In this document: positions 36,479 through 45,967 of the stretch, one piece after another
Position numbering within the stretch: the first letter of the stretch is position 1
Layout of the letters: each line of letters opens with the position of its first letter
Assembly: GCA_029266475.1 (NCBI GenBank)
Contig: JAQSWU010000002.1
Coordinates: forward strand, 2,852 to 66,851
Direction: 5' to 3'
Length of the DNA: 64,000 nucleotides
Source: Rickettsiaceae bacterium
GTDB taxonomy: Bacteria > Pseudomonadota > Alphaproteobacteria > Rickettsiales > Rickettsiaceae
The notes under the pieces: generated by a model
Databases searched by the model: none
What the model was told of the DNA's origin: nothing
Seen by the model: only the letters and a program-made list of their open reading frames with translations
Program-made: the position numbers and the translations under genes

Positions 36479-37103
36479 TTGCTTTCTCTTCTCTTACTTT
36501 GAACACATCACCCTCCTGCCAAGCAAGGCAAGGAACAGCTCTAATGCGAAGTTTAGTAGTAATCTCCCCTCCCTGATCAAAGTAAACGGGCATTCCATTA
36601 AACCTTTCCATTAACTTTAAAGGTGAACCACCAACAAGGATTAGTTTGAAGATTTGCTGCGCGTGTTGAGATTTTTTGCGCTCAAACCATTTGATTTGTT
36701 CTTCACTTCTACCATCGATAAATACTAATGTCTGATTGTATTTAATTTTCTCAAGCATGTTTACCTTTGTTCCTTTAGGGAACAAGATTTTACCCTCACC
36801 ATCCGCTACATCTTCTGTTAAAGCGTACGTCGGATTAAACTCATATTCTCTAATCTCATCAGCCTCTTTAATAAATTTAACTGGTGATGGTTCATTAACC
36901 TTATCAATAATCTTTTGCTTAATCGTCTCTATGTCTTGTTGCAATTGACCACTAGCCTCTCTGCTTTCAAGCGCTTGCTTAAAAGCTAGCTCTTGGTCTT
37001 GTTCTTCAATTTCAAACACATCCCCATGTGTACCAAAATCCTTTGCAATGACCTGTTCTGATAAAGATATACATGCTAATAAGAGTAAAAGCCTTATAAT
37101 CAT
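36471..37103 (-). CDS. traW: F-type TraW
   Basis: Signal peptide, then DFGTHGDVFEIEEQD (TraW N-terminal motif). It is 210 aa, as in F. Confidence 0.85.
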   Translation of the reverse strand: MIIRLLLLLACISLSEQVIAKDFGTHGDVFEIEEQDQELAFKQALESREASGQLQQDIETIKQKIIDKVNEPSPVKFIKEADEIREYEFNPTYALTEDVADGEGKILFPKGTKVNMLEKIKYNQTLVFIDGRSEEQIKWFERKKSQHAQQIFKLILVGGSPLKLMERFNGMPVYFDQGGEITTKLRIRAVPCLAWQEGDVFKVREEKASD

Positions 37104-37453
37104 TTTGGCTCCTTCTCTGTAAGCCTTTTATAAAACTCATCAGTATAATCTTTAGCGCCACTCAAAGGCTTATGAGATACGAATACAATGTTCTCTTCCT
37201 CTAAAAGTTTTAACTCTTTATGTAGGCGTATTCGTTGTTTATTCAAAGCTTCAGCAAGCTCTTGATCAGAGACGGTATTAATTTTAAAATCATCCTTCAT
37301 CCGAGAGGTAATCTTCACAAGATCGATATAGAGATAATTTTTTTGCTTTGTGAATCTATAGCCTTGAAAGAACATTATAGTAATTCCAACGCTCAGCAGC
37401 AGTATTATCAATAGTATCAAATAGAAAATCTTAAACAGAATTTCTTTTCTCAT
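37100..37453 (-). CDS. trbI: TrbI-like small bitopic membrane protein (assigned by position between traC and traW)
   Basis: A single TM (IFYLILLIILLLSVGITIMFF). It is 117 aa (F TrbI is 128) and is coupled by overlap on both sides. Confidence 0.5.
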   Translation of the reverse strand: MRKEILFKIFYLILLIILLLSVGITIMFFQGYRFTKQKNYLYIDLVKITSRMKDDFKINTVSDQELAEALNKQRIRLHKELKLLEEENIVFVSHKPLSGAKDYTDEFYKRLTEKEPK

Positions 37454-39986
37454 ATTCTTTACCTTTTGAAATTTCGCTTAATTTTTTGATCGTTGCAGTT
37501 TGCTTTAAATATATTTTAATAGCTTGATCCATATTGTAGCCTTGGACAGTCAATCGCTTAATAGCTTCAAATTCAGACCCTTTTGTTGAATAAAGTATTT
37601 GGGAATATTTATCTAATGCTAATCTTGCAACAACTCTTACCTCATCTGCTTCTATTAGGACTTCTGAATATTGGCCAGGTACCATCTTTAATGCTGGTAA
37701 TATAGTTTTTACGTCATCTTTTAATGTGCTTTCAGCTTCACTATTACCGGTTGGTAAAAATACATGCCAATAGCAATTATTCCATATAGCTTTAGCCGCA
37801 GGGCTCGAGTCAAAATCAGTAGTATAGCTTTGTGTTGCCATAATTAAGGCTGCTGTATATTTTCTGAATATTCGTGAACTCATATTTACAGCCTTAGCAC
37901 CATGAGGTAGTTCTAAAAATTTATGTAATTCATCAATTGCAAAACATAGTTTTCTATCTCTTGTACCTGTTGCAAAACGTTGCGCCACTATATTCATAGC
38001 AATTAATAAAATCACAGGAAGCAAGCCTTTTTTCGATAATATTTGCTCAAACTCAAGTACGATAAAAGATTTTTTAAAATCGATTGTAGCCTTTCCAATA
38101 AAGAATTTGCCAAAACTACCCTTTCTTGTAAACGGATAAAGCATTTTGGCAAGATTCTTCGCTTCAACTGAACCTTCACTTAGTAAGGCTTCAGCAACCT
38201 TCTCAATGTCCCCATCGTTCTTATAATTTGTCCAAACAGTGCTTACCGCTTCACTAATTAATGCTTCCTCTAAACTAGATAAGCTTATAGAGGGGCTTGC
38301 CATTATGCAGACAAGGTCTTTTATAAACTCTAAAGTGTTATCTATATCGTCTTTTTCATCGCTTTTAATATGAGTGAACGGATTAAGACATGTTGGATTA
38401 TTAGGATCAAATTGTATAAAGTCTCCACCAACTCTTGCGGCAATTTTCTCATAACTTCTTCCTATATCTACAATAAATACTTGTGCACCTTTAGAGCGCA
38501 TATTTAAAAGAAGCTCCTCTAAAAATACTGACTTACCACTCCCTGATGGTGCAACGACTGCTACGTTATAATTTTTACTTCCACCCGAGAATGGATCCCA
38601 TTGCATTAGCTGTCCTCTAGGACAGACAAGCAGCATGCCCGAGGATTCCGTACCCTTCCATTCAGAGGTTAAAGGCAGCATGCTGAGCGCTTCTTCAACA
38701 AGAGAAGTTTTTGAATGTTCAAAATACTTATAAATATCAGCATAGCCCGCTCCTTGGGCCATAGGAAGCATTCCCATTAATGCAGGCAAATGGAAAAATT
38801 TATCTTCCGATATAGCCCATCCCCTTGAACTAAATATATTTTTAAGTATTTGCTCTGAATAAGTTATATTGTTAGACTGATCAGTAATAGCAACTTGGAA
38901 ACAAGTTGTAAAAAATCTTTCTCCTGATTCCAGCCTATCTATAACATCACGCCATTCTAAAGCTTCGTTTCTAATTCTGGGATTAAATTTAGTTACAAAT
39001 GACTCAGCATTACGTCTTGCGGCATTACCTTTACTAATCATCATTTGCTTTTTAGAAGAGTTAATAGTTGCTCCAATAGAATATGAGATAAAAAATCTAC
39101 AAGGAAGGTTCAAACCATCTCTTAACTGATCCCCCAGTAAAAAGTTAGTACAATTTGGCGGTACGTTTTCTGGAAACTTATCTACCGAGTAACACTTTGT
39201 AAAATACTTGCCTGCATCTAGGTTAATTTCATTAATCCCTATTCCAGTAATCGAATCCATACGACTAAGTTGCGCAGCAATGGGTTTGAGTTTATCATAT
39301 GGTTTCTGACTACCTTGTTCGCTTCTTTTATAATTTAGAAGTTCGTCTAACAGATCTATCAAACCTTTGGGTTTTAAAGATATAAAAGGGATTGAGAGAA
39401 CATCTAGGAGAGATCTTACCTGCATTTGTAATACTTTAATCTCTTCTTCTAATTCAAATATACTTCTACCACGTTTTCCTGAGCTAAAAGATAAGAACAA
39501 TCTAAAATCGCGAACTTTAAACTTTGCCTCACTGCTTTGAAACTTTGATATTTCCTTGAAGTAATCAGCTCTTTTTTGCCATAGGGAATTAAGCAAGCTA
39601 TCATTTTGTTTGCCTTCAAACCACCTGACTAGCTGTGACTCAATTTTATCACTAGCAAGTAGTAATACTTGCATATGGCTACCATCAGGCAATTGATCTT
39701 GTAAGAAACCTTTTAATTGTCTGAGAGCCACTTCATCAAGTGAAACGCTTGGAGCTACTTCATAAACAAAACCAATTGAATCACCGTCATTATAATAAGT
39801 TCCCTGACACTCATTATAATTAATATAAGGCAAAATCTCTGATTTGGGATAAGGGTGATGTATACTATCCAACACTCTGTTCACGCTACCTGGAATATAG
39901 GCACCTAGTTCAGACATGCTCTCAAGGCCACGTTTCTGAATAACCTTATCAAAAAACTCATTAATCACGATTACCTCATCACCCAT
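37431..39986 (-). CDS. traC: F-type TraC (VirB4-family ATPase)
   Basis: Walker A APSGSGKSV and Walker B CFAIDELHKF. It is 851 aa (F TraC is 875). Confidence 0.9.
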   Translation of the reverse strand: MGDEVIVINEFFDKVIQKRGLESMSELGAYIPGSVNRVLDSIHHPYPKSEILPYINYNECQGTYYNDGDSIGFVYEVAPSVSLDEVALRQLKGFLQDQLPDGSHMQVLLLASDKIESQLVRWFEGKQNDSLLNSLWQKRADYFKEISKFQSSEAKFKVRDFRLFLSFSSGKRGRSIFELEEEIKVLQMQVRSLLDVLSIPFISLKPKGLIDLLDELLNYKRSEQGSQKPYDKLKPIAAQLSRMDSITGIGINEINLDAGKYFTKCYSVDKFPENVPPNCTNFLLGDQLRDGLNLPCRFFISYSIGATINSSKKQMMISKGNAARRNAESFVTKFNPRIRNEALEWRDVIDRLESGERFFTTCFQVAITDQSNNITYSEQILKNIFSSRGWAISEDKFFHLPALMGMLPMAQGAGYADIYKYFEHSKTSLVEEALSMLPLTSEWKGTESSGMLLVCPRGQLMQWDPFSGGSKNYNVAVVAPSGSGKSVFLEELLLNMRSKGAQVFIVDIGRSYEKIAARVGGDFIQFDPNNPTCLNPFTHIKSDEKDDIDNTLEFIKDLVCIMASPSISLSSLEEALISEAVSTVWTNYKNDGDIEKVAEALLSEGSVEAKNLAKMLYPFTRKGSFGKFFIGKATIDFKKSFIVLEFEQILSKKGLLPVILLIAMNIVAQRFATGTRDRKLCFAIDELHKFLELPHGAKAVNMSSRIFRKYTAALIMATQSYTTDFDSSPAAKAIWNNCYWHVFLPTGNSEAESTLKDDVKTILPALKMVPGQYSEVLIEADEVRVVARLALDKYSQILYSTKGSEFEAIKRLTVQGYNMDQAIKIYLKQTATIKKLSEISKGKEYEKRNSV

Positions 39987-40333
39987 TCACTATTTTGAAT
40001 TACTGTATATACATATCTATCAGTTACAAAATTGTTATCTTTATCAACGTGCGGTGTAAACCATATTTTCATTATCCTCTCAGGTCTGCGTGCTAACTTT
40101 CCACCCAAAATATTCGCATTTACTTGCCCTCCAAAAGATTCTAAGGATTTAGTATTATAAACCACCTTAGAAGCATCTTTTCTCTTACCTCTTTCATTCT
40201 CAATACTCTCTTTTACCTGTGTCATATTGTAGCACCGCTCACCTTTTTCAGCTTTACAGGTAAAATCGTTATGGTAAGTACTGCAGCTCGCAAGCAATAA
40301 AATATTTACAGTTAATAAAATTATTCTCTTCAT
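39971..40333 (-). CDS. traV: F-type TraV lipoprotein
   Basis: Lipobox LLASCS and a conserved Cys pair. The position between traB and traC fits F. Confidence 0.8.
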   Translation of the reverse strand: MKRIILLTVNILLLASCSTYHNDFTCKAEKGERCYNMTQVKESIENERGKRKDASKVVYNTKSLESFGGQVNANILGGKLARRPERIMKIWFTPHVDKDNNFVTDRYVYTVIQNSEWVMR

Positions 40334-40348
40334 CCTTATCCCCTTAAA

Positions 40349-41620
40349 CTAATCAAGTGTTTCACTAAGCTCGTTTGCGTCGTCGCGTGCGCTCTGCTTA
40401 CGCATTAAATCACGCTTTCTAGTAATTTCCTCGCGCAATTTAGAATCACCAATATAGACACCTTCATTAAAGAAAAGCACCACCTCTTTAGCGCCCCCTA
40501 CCTCAATCACAGGCTGGATTTGCTCCGCTCTATCAATATAGTATTTACCAAGCCTATCCGAACTCTGTTTTGTGCCCTCTAGCAAACCATCTCTCAACTT
40601 TTCTTTAAAACCTGGTTTCTGTACTGTTCCCATACCAAGAGCAAAAGGCGTATAATCCTGACTTCTGCTCGCTGTACCTGCAAGTCCTCCAAGCGCACCC
40701 CCAACAAAACTATTCATTATAAGTTTGCCATCTTTTGAAACGACTCTGCCTCTAACTCCCAGTTTTGAGTCATAGTGTGCAACCGCATATCCAGATATTT
40801 CGGTCTCAATAACTTCACCAGTTCTCTCTACGCAAGATAGTTTCTCTAACCTGATCTTCCCTCTCTCATTTGAAATCTCTCCATGCAGCGCTGCAACTAT
40901 CCTGCATCCTTGCAGGTCTATCTTAAACCCGTTTGGAGCATCTGCTTTTTCAAGCACCTCGATCGTAAGTGGATCAGGGTCACTTGCTCTACTTAAAGCA
41001 GTCGAGACATCAGCCCCATGCCAAAGTTTGGCTCTCACTTTGGTACCTGCTGGTATATAATTATCAACCGTTTTAAGCTGTTTGTCTTTTGTATATTTTG
41101 TTTCTTCCTGAGGTTTTAAATTTAGCTTAAAGCTATTACTTGTTTTGGCATTACCCCCTCCATCTAAAGCCTGGCTCGGACCACCTCTTAGCATTTCAAG
41201 TTCTGCAGCTAAATATTCTAACTTTTTATTCGTATCGTTAAGCGTTTGATTTAATTCAACAGACATTGCATCTTTAGAATCCTTGATCTTTTTCTCTAAT
41301 TCCTCTTTTTCTTTTTTTAAGGACTCATTTAAAGCATTAAGATCAAGCTTAGTTTGTGCTTTCTGCCTTTCTACCTTCTTTTCTACAGTCTCACGCCACA
41401 TACCATCTATATCTTCTATATCAGTCGTAGTTTTAATTTTTTCTGTGACTTCTTCTACGACTTGAGGTTTCTTCTCTTCAGGAACTTTAGTGGATCTTAG
41501 AATAAGCAAAGTAAATATTAACAAGCCTAATGCTACAGCTATAATGATTTTGATACGGCCGAGCCTTGCAAGCTTTTTTGGATTAAATTGTGATAAATCC
41601 AATTTGGTATTTTCACTCAT
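40349..41620 (-). CDS. traB: F-type TraB (VirB10-like)
   Basis: An N-terminal TM helix, a coiled-coil/charged linker and a C-terminal beta-domain (IPAGTKVRAKLWHGADVS...). It is 423 aa. Confidence 0.85.
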   Translation of the reverse strand: MSENTKLDLSQFNPKKLARLGRIKIIIAVALGLLIFTLLILRSTKVPEEKKPQVVEEVTEKIKTTTDIEDIDGMWRETVEKKVERQKAQTKLDLNALNESLKKEKEELEKKIKDSKDAMSVELNQTLNDTNKKLEYLAAELEMLRGGPSQALDGGGNAKTSNSFKLNLKPQEETKYTKDKQLKTVDNYIPAGTKVRAKLWHGADVSTALSRASDPDPLTIEVLEKADAPNGFKIDLQGCRIVAALHGEISNERGKIRLEKLSCVERTGEVIETEISGYAVAHYDSKLGVRGRVVSKDGKLIMNSFVGGALGGLAGTASRSQDYTPFALGMGTVQKPGFKEKLRDGLLEGTKQSSDRLGKYYIDRAEQIQPVIEVGGAKEVVLFFNEGVYIGDSKLREEITRKRDLMRKQSARDDANELSETLD

Positions 41621-42327
41621 CTAATCCTCACAAAGTAAACATTTGCTTCTTGATTCGGATATAAGGTTTCTGAATCAAGACTTATTGCGATGATTCCAGA
41701 AAAAAGACTTATGAAATCTTGTTCCCTTAAAGGCTTTGGATCCTTTGTTTTATTGATTAGCTTCAGCCTATAACCTAATAATTTTTGACCAGTGAAACCT
41801 TCCGTCATTACCACTGAGAGTGTCTTATCTGTTAGTCTTGGGTTCTTTATTTTCTCTCCAAAACCATTCGCCATTTGCTTAAAAAACTCTACTATTTCAT
41901 AATATGGATCCTCTTGTTGTGTAATTCTTCTAGCAAATCCTAAACTTCTTTTTGACTCTACAGAGTTCGATATAGTAATATTACTTTTTTTAAGGACAAT
42001 TGCTTCAGGTTCATTCCCATGAACCCTCATGGTTAAATCTTGTACCAAACCATTCTCGGTAATCAAAGTTATGTTGATAGATTTACCAGTTTCAATTTTT
42101 GGAGTAATAAATACTTGCCCTTGCTCATTACCTTGAATCATATATTCTGCAGAATTACCTGTAACCTCAGCAATACGATCTCCTTCTACCCAAACCCTAT
42201 TAGCTGTACTTGACCCTACTCGTGCTAGTAGTCTTTTCTTAGGATCAATCGTAAGTTCTTGGGCTAATTGGCCCGCAAAAGCTGTTAAGGGTACCAAGGA
42301 CACTAAAATTAGAACAAACTTCTTCAC
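41617..42327 (-). CDS. traK: F-type TraK (VirB9/secretin-like)
   Basis: Signal peptide. It is 236 aa (F TraK is 242), sits between traE and traB, and overlaps traB by 4 nt. Confidence 0.8.
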   Translation of the reverse strand: MKKFVLILVSLVPLTAFAGQLAQELTIDPKKRLLARVGSSTANRVWVEGDRIAEVTGNSAEYMIQGNEQGQVFITPKIETGKSINITLITENGLVQDLTMRVHGNEPEAIVLKKSNITISNSVESKRSLGFARRITQQEDPYYEIVEFFKQMANGFGEKIKNPRLTDKTLSVVMTEGFTGQKLLGYRLKLINKTKDPKPLREQDFISLFSGIIAISLDSETLYPNQEANVYFVRIR

Positions 42328-42334
42328 CTCTTCC

Positions 42335-42892
42335 TCAATTATTATTTACAATATCGAATTCCTTTAGCTTTAAGATGCCATCATCAAAGCTAAATTGTAT
42401 TTTAAAAGAAACTTTATCTTCGCGGTGGCTATCTATACCATACCAACTATTGAGCCTACCCTTTATCTGGGCTACTAAGTTTTGCGTATCGATCAACTCA
42501 ACTTCATCGCAGGTAAAATTAGTAACTAAGTTGAGCTCTTTATGCTTTTGCTCTGCCTTATCTAGTTTTGCTTTTAAATACTGCCACGCCGAAGGTGTAA
42601 CATGCTTTAAAACCATGTTTTTACTATAATTAAAGCTACTTGGAGTATGATTAAGAAGCATAGGAGCAAAGCTAAAAGTCATTACTTCTAAATATTCTTT
42701 AGTAACTTCCTTATTGCTTACCATAAATTCTTTTGAGAACCCCATAGGTACTACTATTACCTGCCGACTCTTGAAAATAAGCGATATTGCAAGTAACCCA
42801 TTAATTAAACAAGCTCCTAAAAAAAGCATGAGAAGAGTGTTTCTTTGCTTAACTGCGTAAGCAAAGTTTGCCTCTGAAATATTTTTAAACAT
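42335..42892 (-). CDS. traE: F-type TraE
   Basis: N-terminal TM (LLMLFLGACLINGLLAISLIF). It is 185 aa (F TraE is 188) and lies after traL. Confidence 0.8.
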   Translation of the reverse strand: MFKNISEANFAYAVKQRNTLLMLFLGACLINGLLAISLIFKSRQVIVVPMGFSKEFMVSNKEVTKEYLEVMTFSFAPMLLNHTPSSFNYSKNMVLKHVTPSAWQYLKAKLDKAEQKHKELNLVTNFTCDEVELIDTQNLVAQIKGRLNSWYGIDSHREDKVSFKIQFSFDDGILKLKEFDIVNNN

Positions 42893-42900
42893 TGGATTTC

Positions 42901-43185
42901 CTACAGAAAGAGTCTTTTGAAGCTGCTAGGTAATAACTTTAGTTGCAGCAATTTAAAGGGAAAATGCCAGTACATAAATTTTTTAACATATCCTTTCTTG
43001 TTGCTCTCAAGATATACCTTAGCCAACACTAAACAAAGAATACCAGAAATCATACCTCCTATAGGACCAAGCATAATTGCTCCTATAAAACCCCCGATCA
43101 CAAGACTAAAAAGCTCTGCAATACTAAAAATCCCATGTCTAATGGAACCGTCTAAATTTTGGTATACTCGAATGTTATTTGGCAT
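42901..43185 (-). CDS. traL: F-type TraL
   Basis: YQNLDGSIRHGIFSIAELFSLVIGGFIG is the TraL-type N-terminus with a TM segment. It is 94 aa (F TraL is 91). Confidence 0.8.
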   Translation of the reverse strand: MPNNIRVYQNLDGSIRHGIFSIAELFSLVIGGFIGAIMLGPIGGMISGILCLVLAKVYLESNKKGYVKKFMYWHFPFKLLQLKLLPSSFKRLFL

Positions 43186-43218
43186 AAAGTATTTTCCCTA
43201 AGTTTCAATTTAATGATT

Positions 43219-43530
43219 TTATTTTAGCAGAGGTAGTACTAGCTCTACTGTACCTACAGCGCCAAGCGCTGTACCAAAAAGATACGGGTTCTTTGTAGTA
43301 ATATAATGAAATAATGTACCTATTACTGCTAATGCTTCTCCAGCAAGCCTTACAGATCCTGTTAAAGTATCCTTAGTCGACGTTGCAATCGATTGAATAA
43401 TAGGAATTTCTGCAGCTTCTGCAGTATTTGCTAACAAAAAGATTGTACCAACAGTTAGAGGTAGTAAATACTTTGAATATTTGTTAATTGCTTGTGCTGA
43501 GGTGCTTTTGATTAATTCTAATTTTTTCAT
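43219..43530 (-). CDS. Candidate F-type propilin (TraA/VirB2-like)
   Basis: It is the first gene of the operon, directly upstream of traL, with an AAGGAG RBS. A long leader ends in ANTAEA|AE. The ~63-aa mature part has two hydrophobic helices (LAGEALAVIGTLFHYI, LFGTALGAVGTVELVLPLL). Confidence 0.55.
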   Translation of the reverse strand: MKKLELIKSTSAQAINKYSKYLLPLTVGTIFLLANTAEAAEIPIIQSIATSTKDTLTGSVRLAGEALAVIGTLFHYITTKNPYLFGTALGAVGTVELVLPLLK

Positions 43531-43876
43531 AGTAACTCCTTATTGTTGTTCTTAAGTTTAAATTTTTTTTCTTCTCTCTCATGTTTTCTAAGTCATAAAA
43601 ACATTCAATTAGTCTAAGCGTAATTTCTTCGCTGTCTTTTGAAGGGTAATGATTACGTAATAATGCGCTACTAATCTATTGCACAGTTTTTAAAGCATTA
43701 CTGACTATTATATACAGCGTGATAATTCTTTGTTTTTTCAAGAACTGTTACTAAAAACTCCTAAAAATCAACCCTTGCATCAATACCATTTTTTACTCAT
43801 CCAATATTTTTAACCCATAATAGAAAACGCATATAATCTACTTTGTATTTTGGAGTAAATTCCTTATTCTGCGGTG

Positions 43877-44032
43877 TTAGTCTTCTAGATCAAATAAACG
43901 AAGCATACATTTCTGCTTTATCTCGTAATAATGTGCGATAGCGCTTATAATTTTTTTTACTTCATATTCTGTATAACCTTGTTTAGACAGTATATCTGTA
44001 ATAAATAATCTCATTTTCTCAGCTTCTAACAT
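43877..44032 (-). CDS. Small ORF (51 aa), paralog 1, upstream of the tra operon; not in ORF track
   Basis: MLEAEKMRLFITDILSKQGYTEYEVKKIISAIAHYYEIKQKCMLRLFDLED, preceded by a GGAGGTG RBS 5 nt upstream. It shares the pattern L.K.GY.E.E......I..Y with the next ORF. Confidence 0.45.
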   Translation of the reverse strand: MLEAEKMRLFITDILSKQGYTEYEVKKIISAIAHYYEIKQKCMLRLFDLED

Positions 44033-44098
44033 AGGACACCTCCCCTTAAGTAAACTCCTGTCTGATTCAAAGCCTCAACAATTCCTCATGAACGCCCC

Positions 44099-44260
44099 TT
44101 ATTCCTTTTCTAAATGCTTTAACTTTTCTAAAATACAGAAATATTCTACTATTTTATGCCTGAGATTAAGTGCCTCATCAGTCTCATAACCATTTTTAAG
44201 TAGACTCACTATAATAGCCTCTTCAATTTCCTCTACAGCTTTATATTTATTTTGTTGCAT
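44099..44260 (-). CDS. Small ORF (53 aa), paralog 2, upstream of the tra operon; not in ORF track
   Basis: MQQNKYKAVEEIEEAIIVSLLKNGYETDEALNLRHKIVEYFCILEKLKHLEKE. It has the same length class and motif pattern as 43877-44032, but a weaker RBS. Confidence 0.4.
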   Translation of the reverse strand: MQQNKYKAVEEIEEAIIVSLLKNGYETDEALNLRHKIVEYFCILEKLKHLEKE

Positions 44261-44556
44261 ATATTTAACCTTTTTATAGCACTTTCTTGCGCTTGCTATA
44301 TACCTACACTTCTTTTACACCATCCTAATCTATCCTATAATGCATATGGTACGTTATAGCTGCGTTGTAGCAATCAACCAAGGACCATATTACACCAATT
44401 AGTATAAAGTGTCAAATAATTTATACACTTTGAGTGTAGCACGGGCATAAAATTACCTTACTAAACCTCTTTAGAACTTGGAAAACCAGTTTTTCTTGCT
44501 ATTCTGTTGAGAATAATCCATAAAAGTTTATATAAAACTTATAATAATATAAAGCT

Positions 44557-44976
44557 ATGACAGGAATGCTGGGCGATAGACTAAAAGAGTTTATGCTATC
44601 AAATAATCTAACTATAGAAGATGTTCACAAAAAAGTAGGCTTAGATGTTAATACAATAAAGAATATTTTGTACGGGAAATCCAAGAAAACGGATTATTTT
44701 GAGATGATTGCTCAAGCTTATGGACTGCCTATAGCGTATTTTACCAAGCCAAGCTCACCTGTGTTTCCTTTAGATAACTTGGATTACGTAATGACCCTAG
44801 TGCTTGATGCTTTTAAAGAAAGAAACATTCATTATTGTTTTCTCGAGTTTTTTAACTCTTTGTTTGTAAATACAGCATCTTTAAAAAGAGACGGGTGCAC
44901 CGACTCCGAGCTTAAGCTCTACGTAAAAGGTAATATAGATGCAGCTATAAGATTCAACATTATTAAACCTAGTTAG
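44557..44976 (+). CDS. XRE-family HTH transcriptional regulator, divergent from the tra operon
   Basis: LGDRLKEFMLSNNLTIEDVHKKVGLDVNTIKNILYGKS is a classical XRE HTH. The C-terminal ~70 aa are unassigned. Confidence 0.75.
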   Translation: MTGMLGDRLKEFMLSNNLTIEDVHKKVGLDVNTIKNILYGKSKKTDYFEMIAQAYGLPIAYFTKPSSPVFPLDNLDYVMTLVLDAFKERNIHYCFLEFFNSLFVNTASLKRDGCTDSELKLYVKGNIDAAIRFNIIKPS

Positions 44977-45952
44977 AACGAACCCTAGGGAAAGGAATCG
45001 GTTTATTAGCTGCATCAAGGTTTGTATACTCGTATAAGGTTACATAATAATCCCTTACTCCTTGTATTTTAATCGCTGGAAAAATGTAATTCAGTACATC
45101 GTTAGAGTCTGGGTAGTAAAATTGTAGTTTTTTATAAGCGCATACAAGGTATTTATAATCTACTAGTAGACGAAGCTTATCGGAGGGTATAGAGTTCGTA
45201 TATTCTTGGATTGAGGCATCTAATCTCTCTTTTATCTCTACATGAAGGATAAAAGCTGAATATGTTCTATCAAATAGCAGGTAGCAGCCTATATCTTCGA
45301 TCAAATAATATTCTATAATATTCCTTTCCTTACACAGATTATTGAAAAATTGTTCAAACATTATATCATCGATTGCGCTTACCTCGTGATCTAGCTTAAC
45401 CGCAAGGCTCACAGGATACGATATTTTCTCGAAAAACTTAGAAACGTTTCTATCTATCGTTTTCCTCACTTTATCGAACAAGTGAGCATCGTGCGACTTT
45501 TGTATATAATCATCAATTAACTCTCCTTTTAAGTCAATAGCTGCTTCATAACCCAGATAGGCGGTAAGTAAAACTTTCTTAGCAGATGTATATTGGTCTA
45601 TTTCCTTGATAAAATCTAAACCCGACATACCCGGCATATTGTAGTCTACTAGTATGCACGAAACAATACTAAACCTATCTGGATTATATATTTCCTCATA
45701 TAATTTATTAAGGTTTACACTAATCCTTTTTTCTTGATATTGAAAATTATATTCTGATTGATCAACATTTCTTATATACCTACAGTTATCAATATTATTC
45801 GATTCTTTAATAAAGCTTACAGCCTCGTTAGGGTTCTGAAAAAACTTAAAATTATAAGGTGCATCATTAAGATATGTACTTAAGATTTCTAGTATTTCTT
45901 CGTCATCATCAATAACTACAATTGTAGTTGGCCAAAAGAAAGGGAGCGTCAT
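44969..45952 (-). CDS. Response regulator: REC domain + ~200-aa uncharacterised output domain
   Basis: TIVVIDDDEEILEIL, ILVDYNMPGMSGLDFIKEI (phospho-acceptor Asp), KKVLLTAY and DDYIQKS. I see no HTH, GGDEF or other known output motif in the C-terminal part. Confidence 0.8.
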   Translation of the reverse strand: MTLPFFWPTTIVVIDDDEEILEILSTYLNDAPYNFKFFQNPNEAVSFIKESNNIDNCRYIRNVDQSEYNFQYQEKRISVNLNKLYEEIYNPDRFSIVSCILVDYNMPGMSGLDFIKEIDQYTSAKKVLLTAYLGYEAAIDLKGELIDDYIQKSHDAHLFDKVRKTIDRNVSKFFEKISYPVSLAVKLDHEVSAIDDIMFEQFFNNLCKERNIIEYYLIEDIGCYLLFDRTYSAFILHVEIKERLDASIQEYTNSIPSDKLRLLVDYKYLVCAYKKLQFYYPDSNDVLNYIFPAIKIQGVRDYYVTLYEYTNLDAANKPIPFPRVRSN

Positions 45953-45967
45953 AATACATTAATATTT

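Noticed and set aside
42917-43201. Plus-strand 94-aa ORF mirroring traL. Similar antisense ORFs sit inside traU (35908-36126, 36102-36440), traW (36736-36948), traH (30515-30967), traE (42375-42629), rep (51290-51571, 51932-52414) and the kinase (46722-46952, 48018-48248).
   Set aside because: Each is fully contained antisense in (or, for 42917-43201, almost entirely overlaps) a gene with strong family motifs and operon context. There is no independent support.
43600-43700. Possible third copy of the small paralogous ORF upstream of the pilin gene.
   Set aside because: It has no start codon. Similarity to the two intact copies is split across two frames. It is mentioned in a finding but not annotated as a feature.
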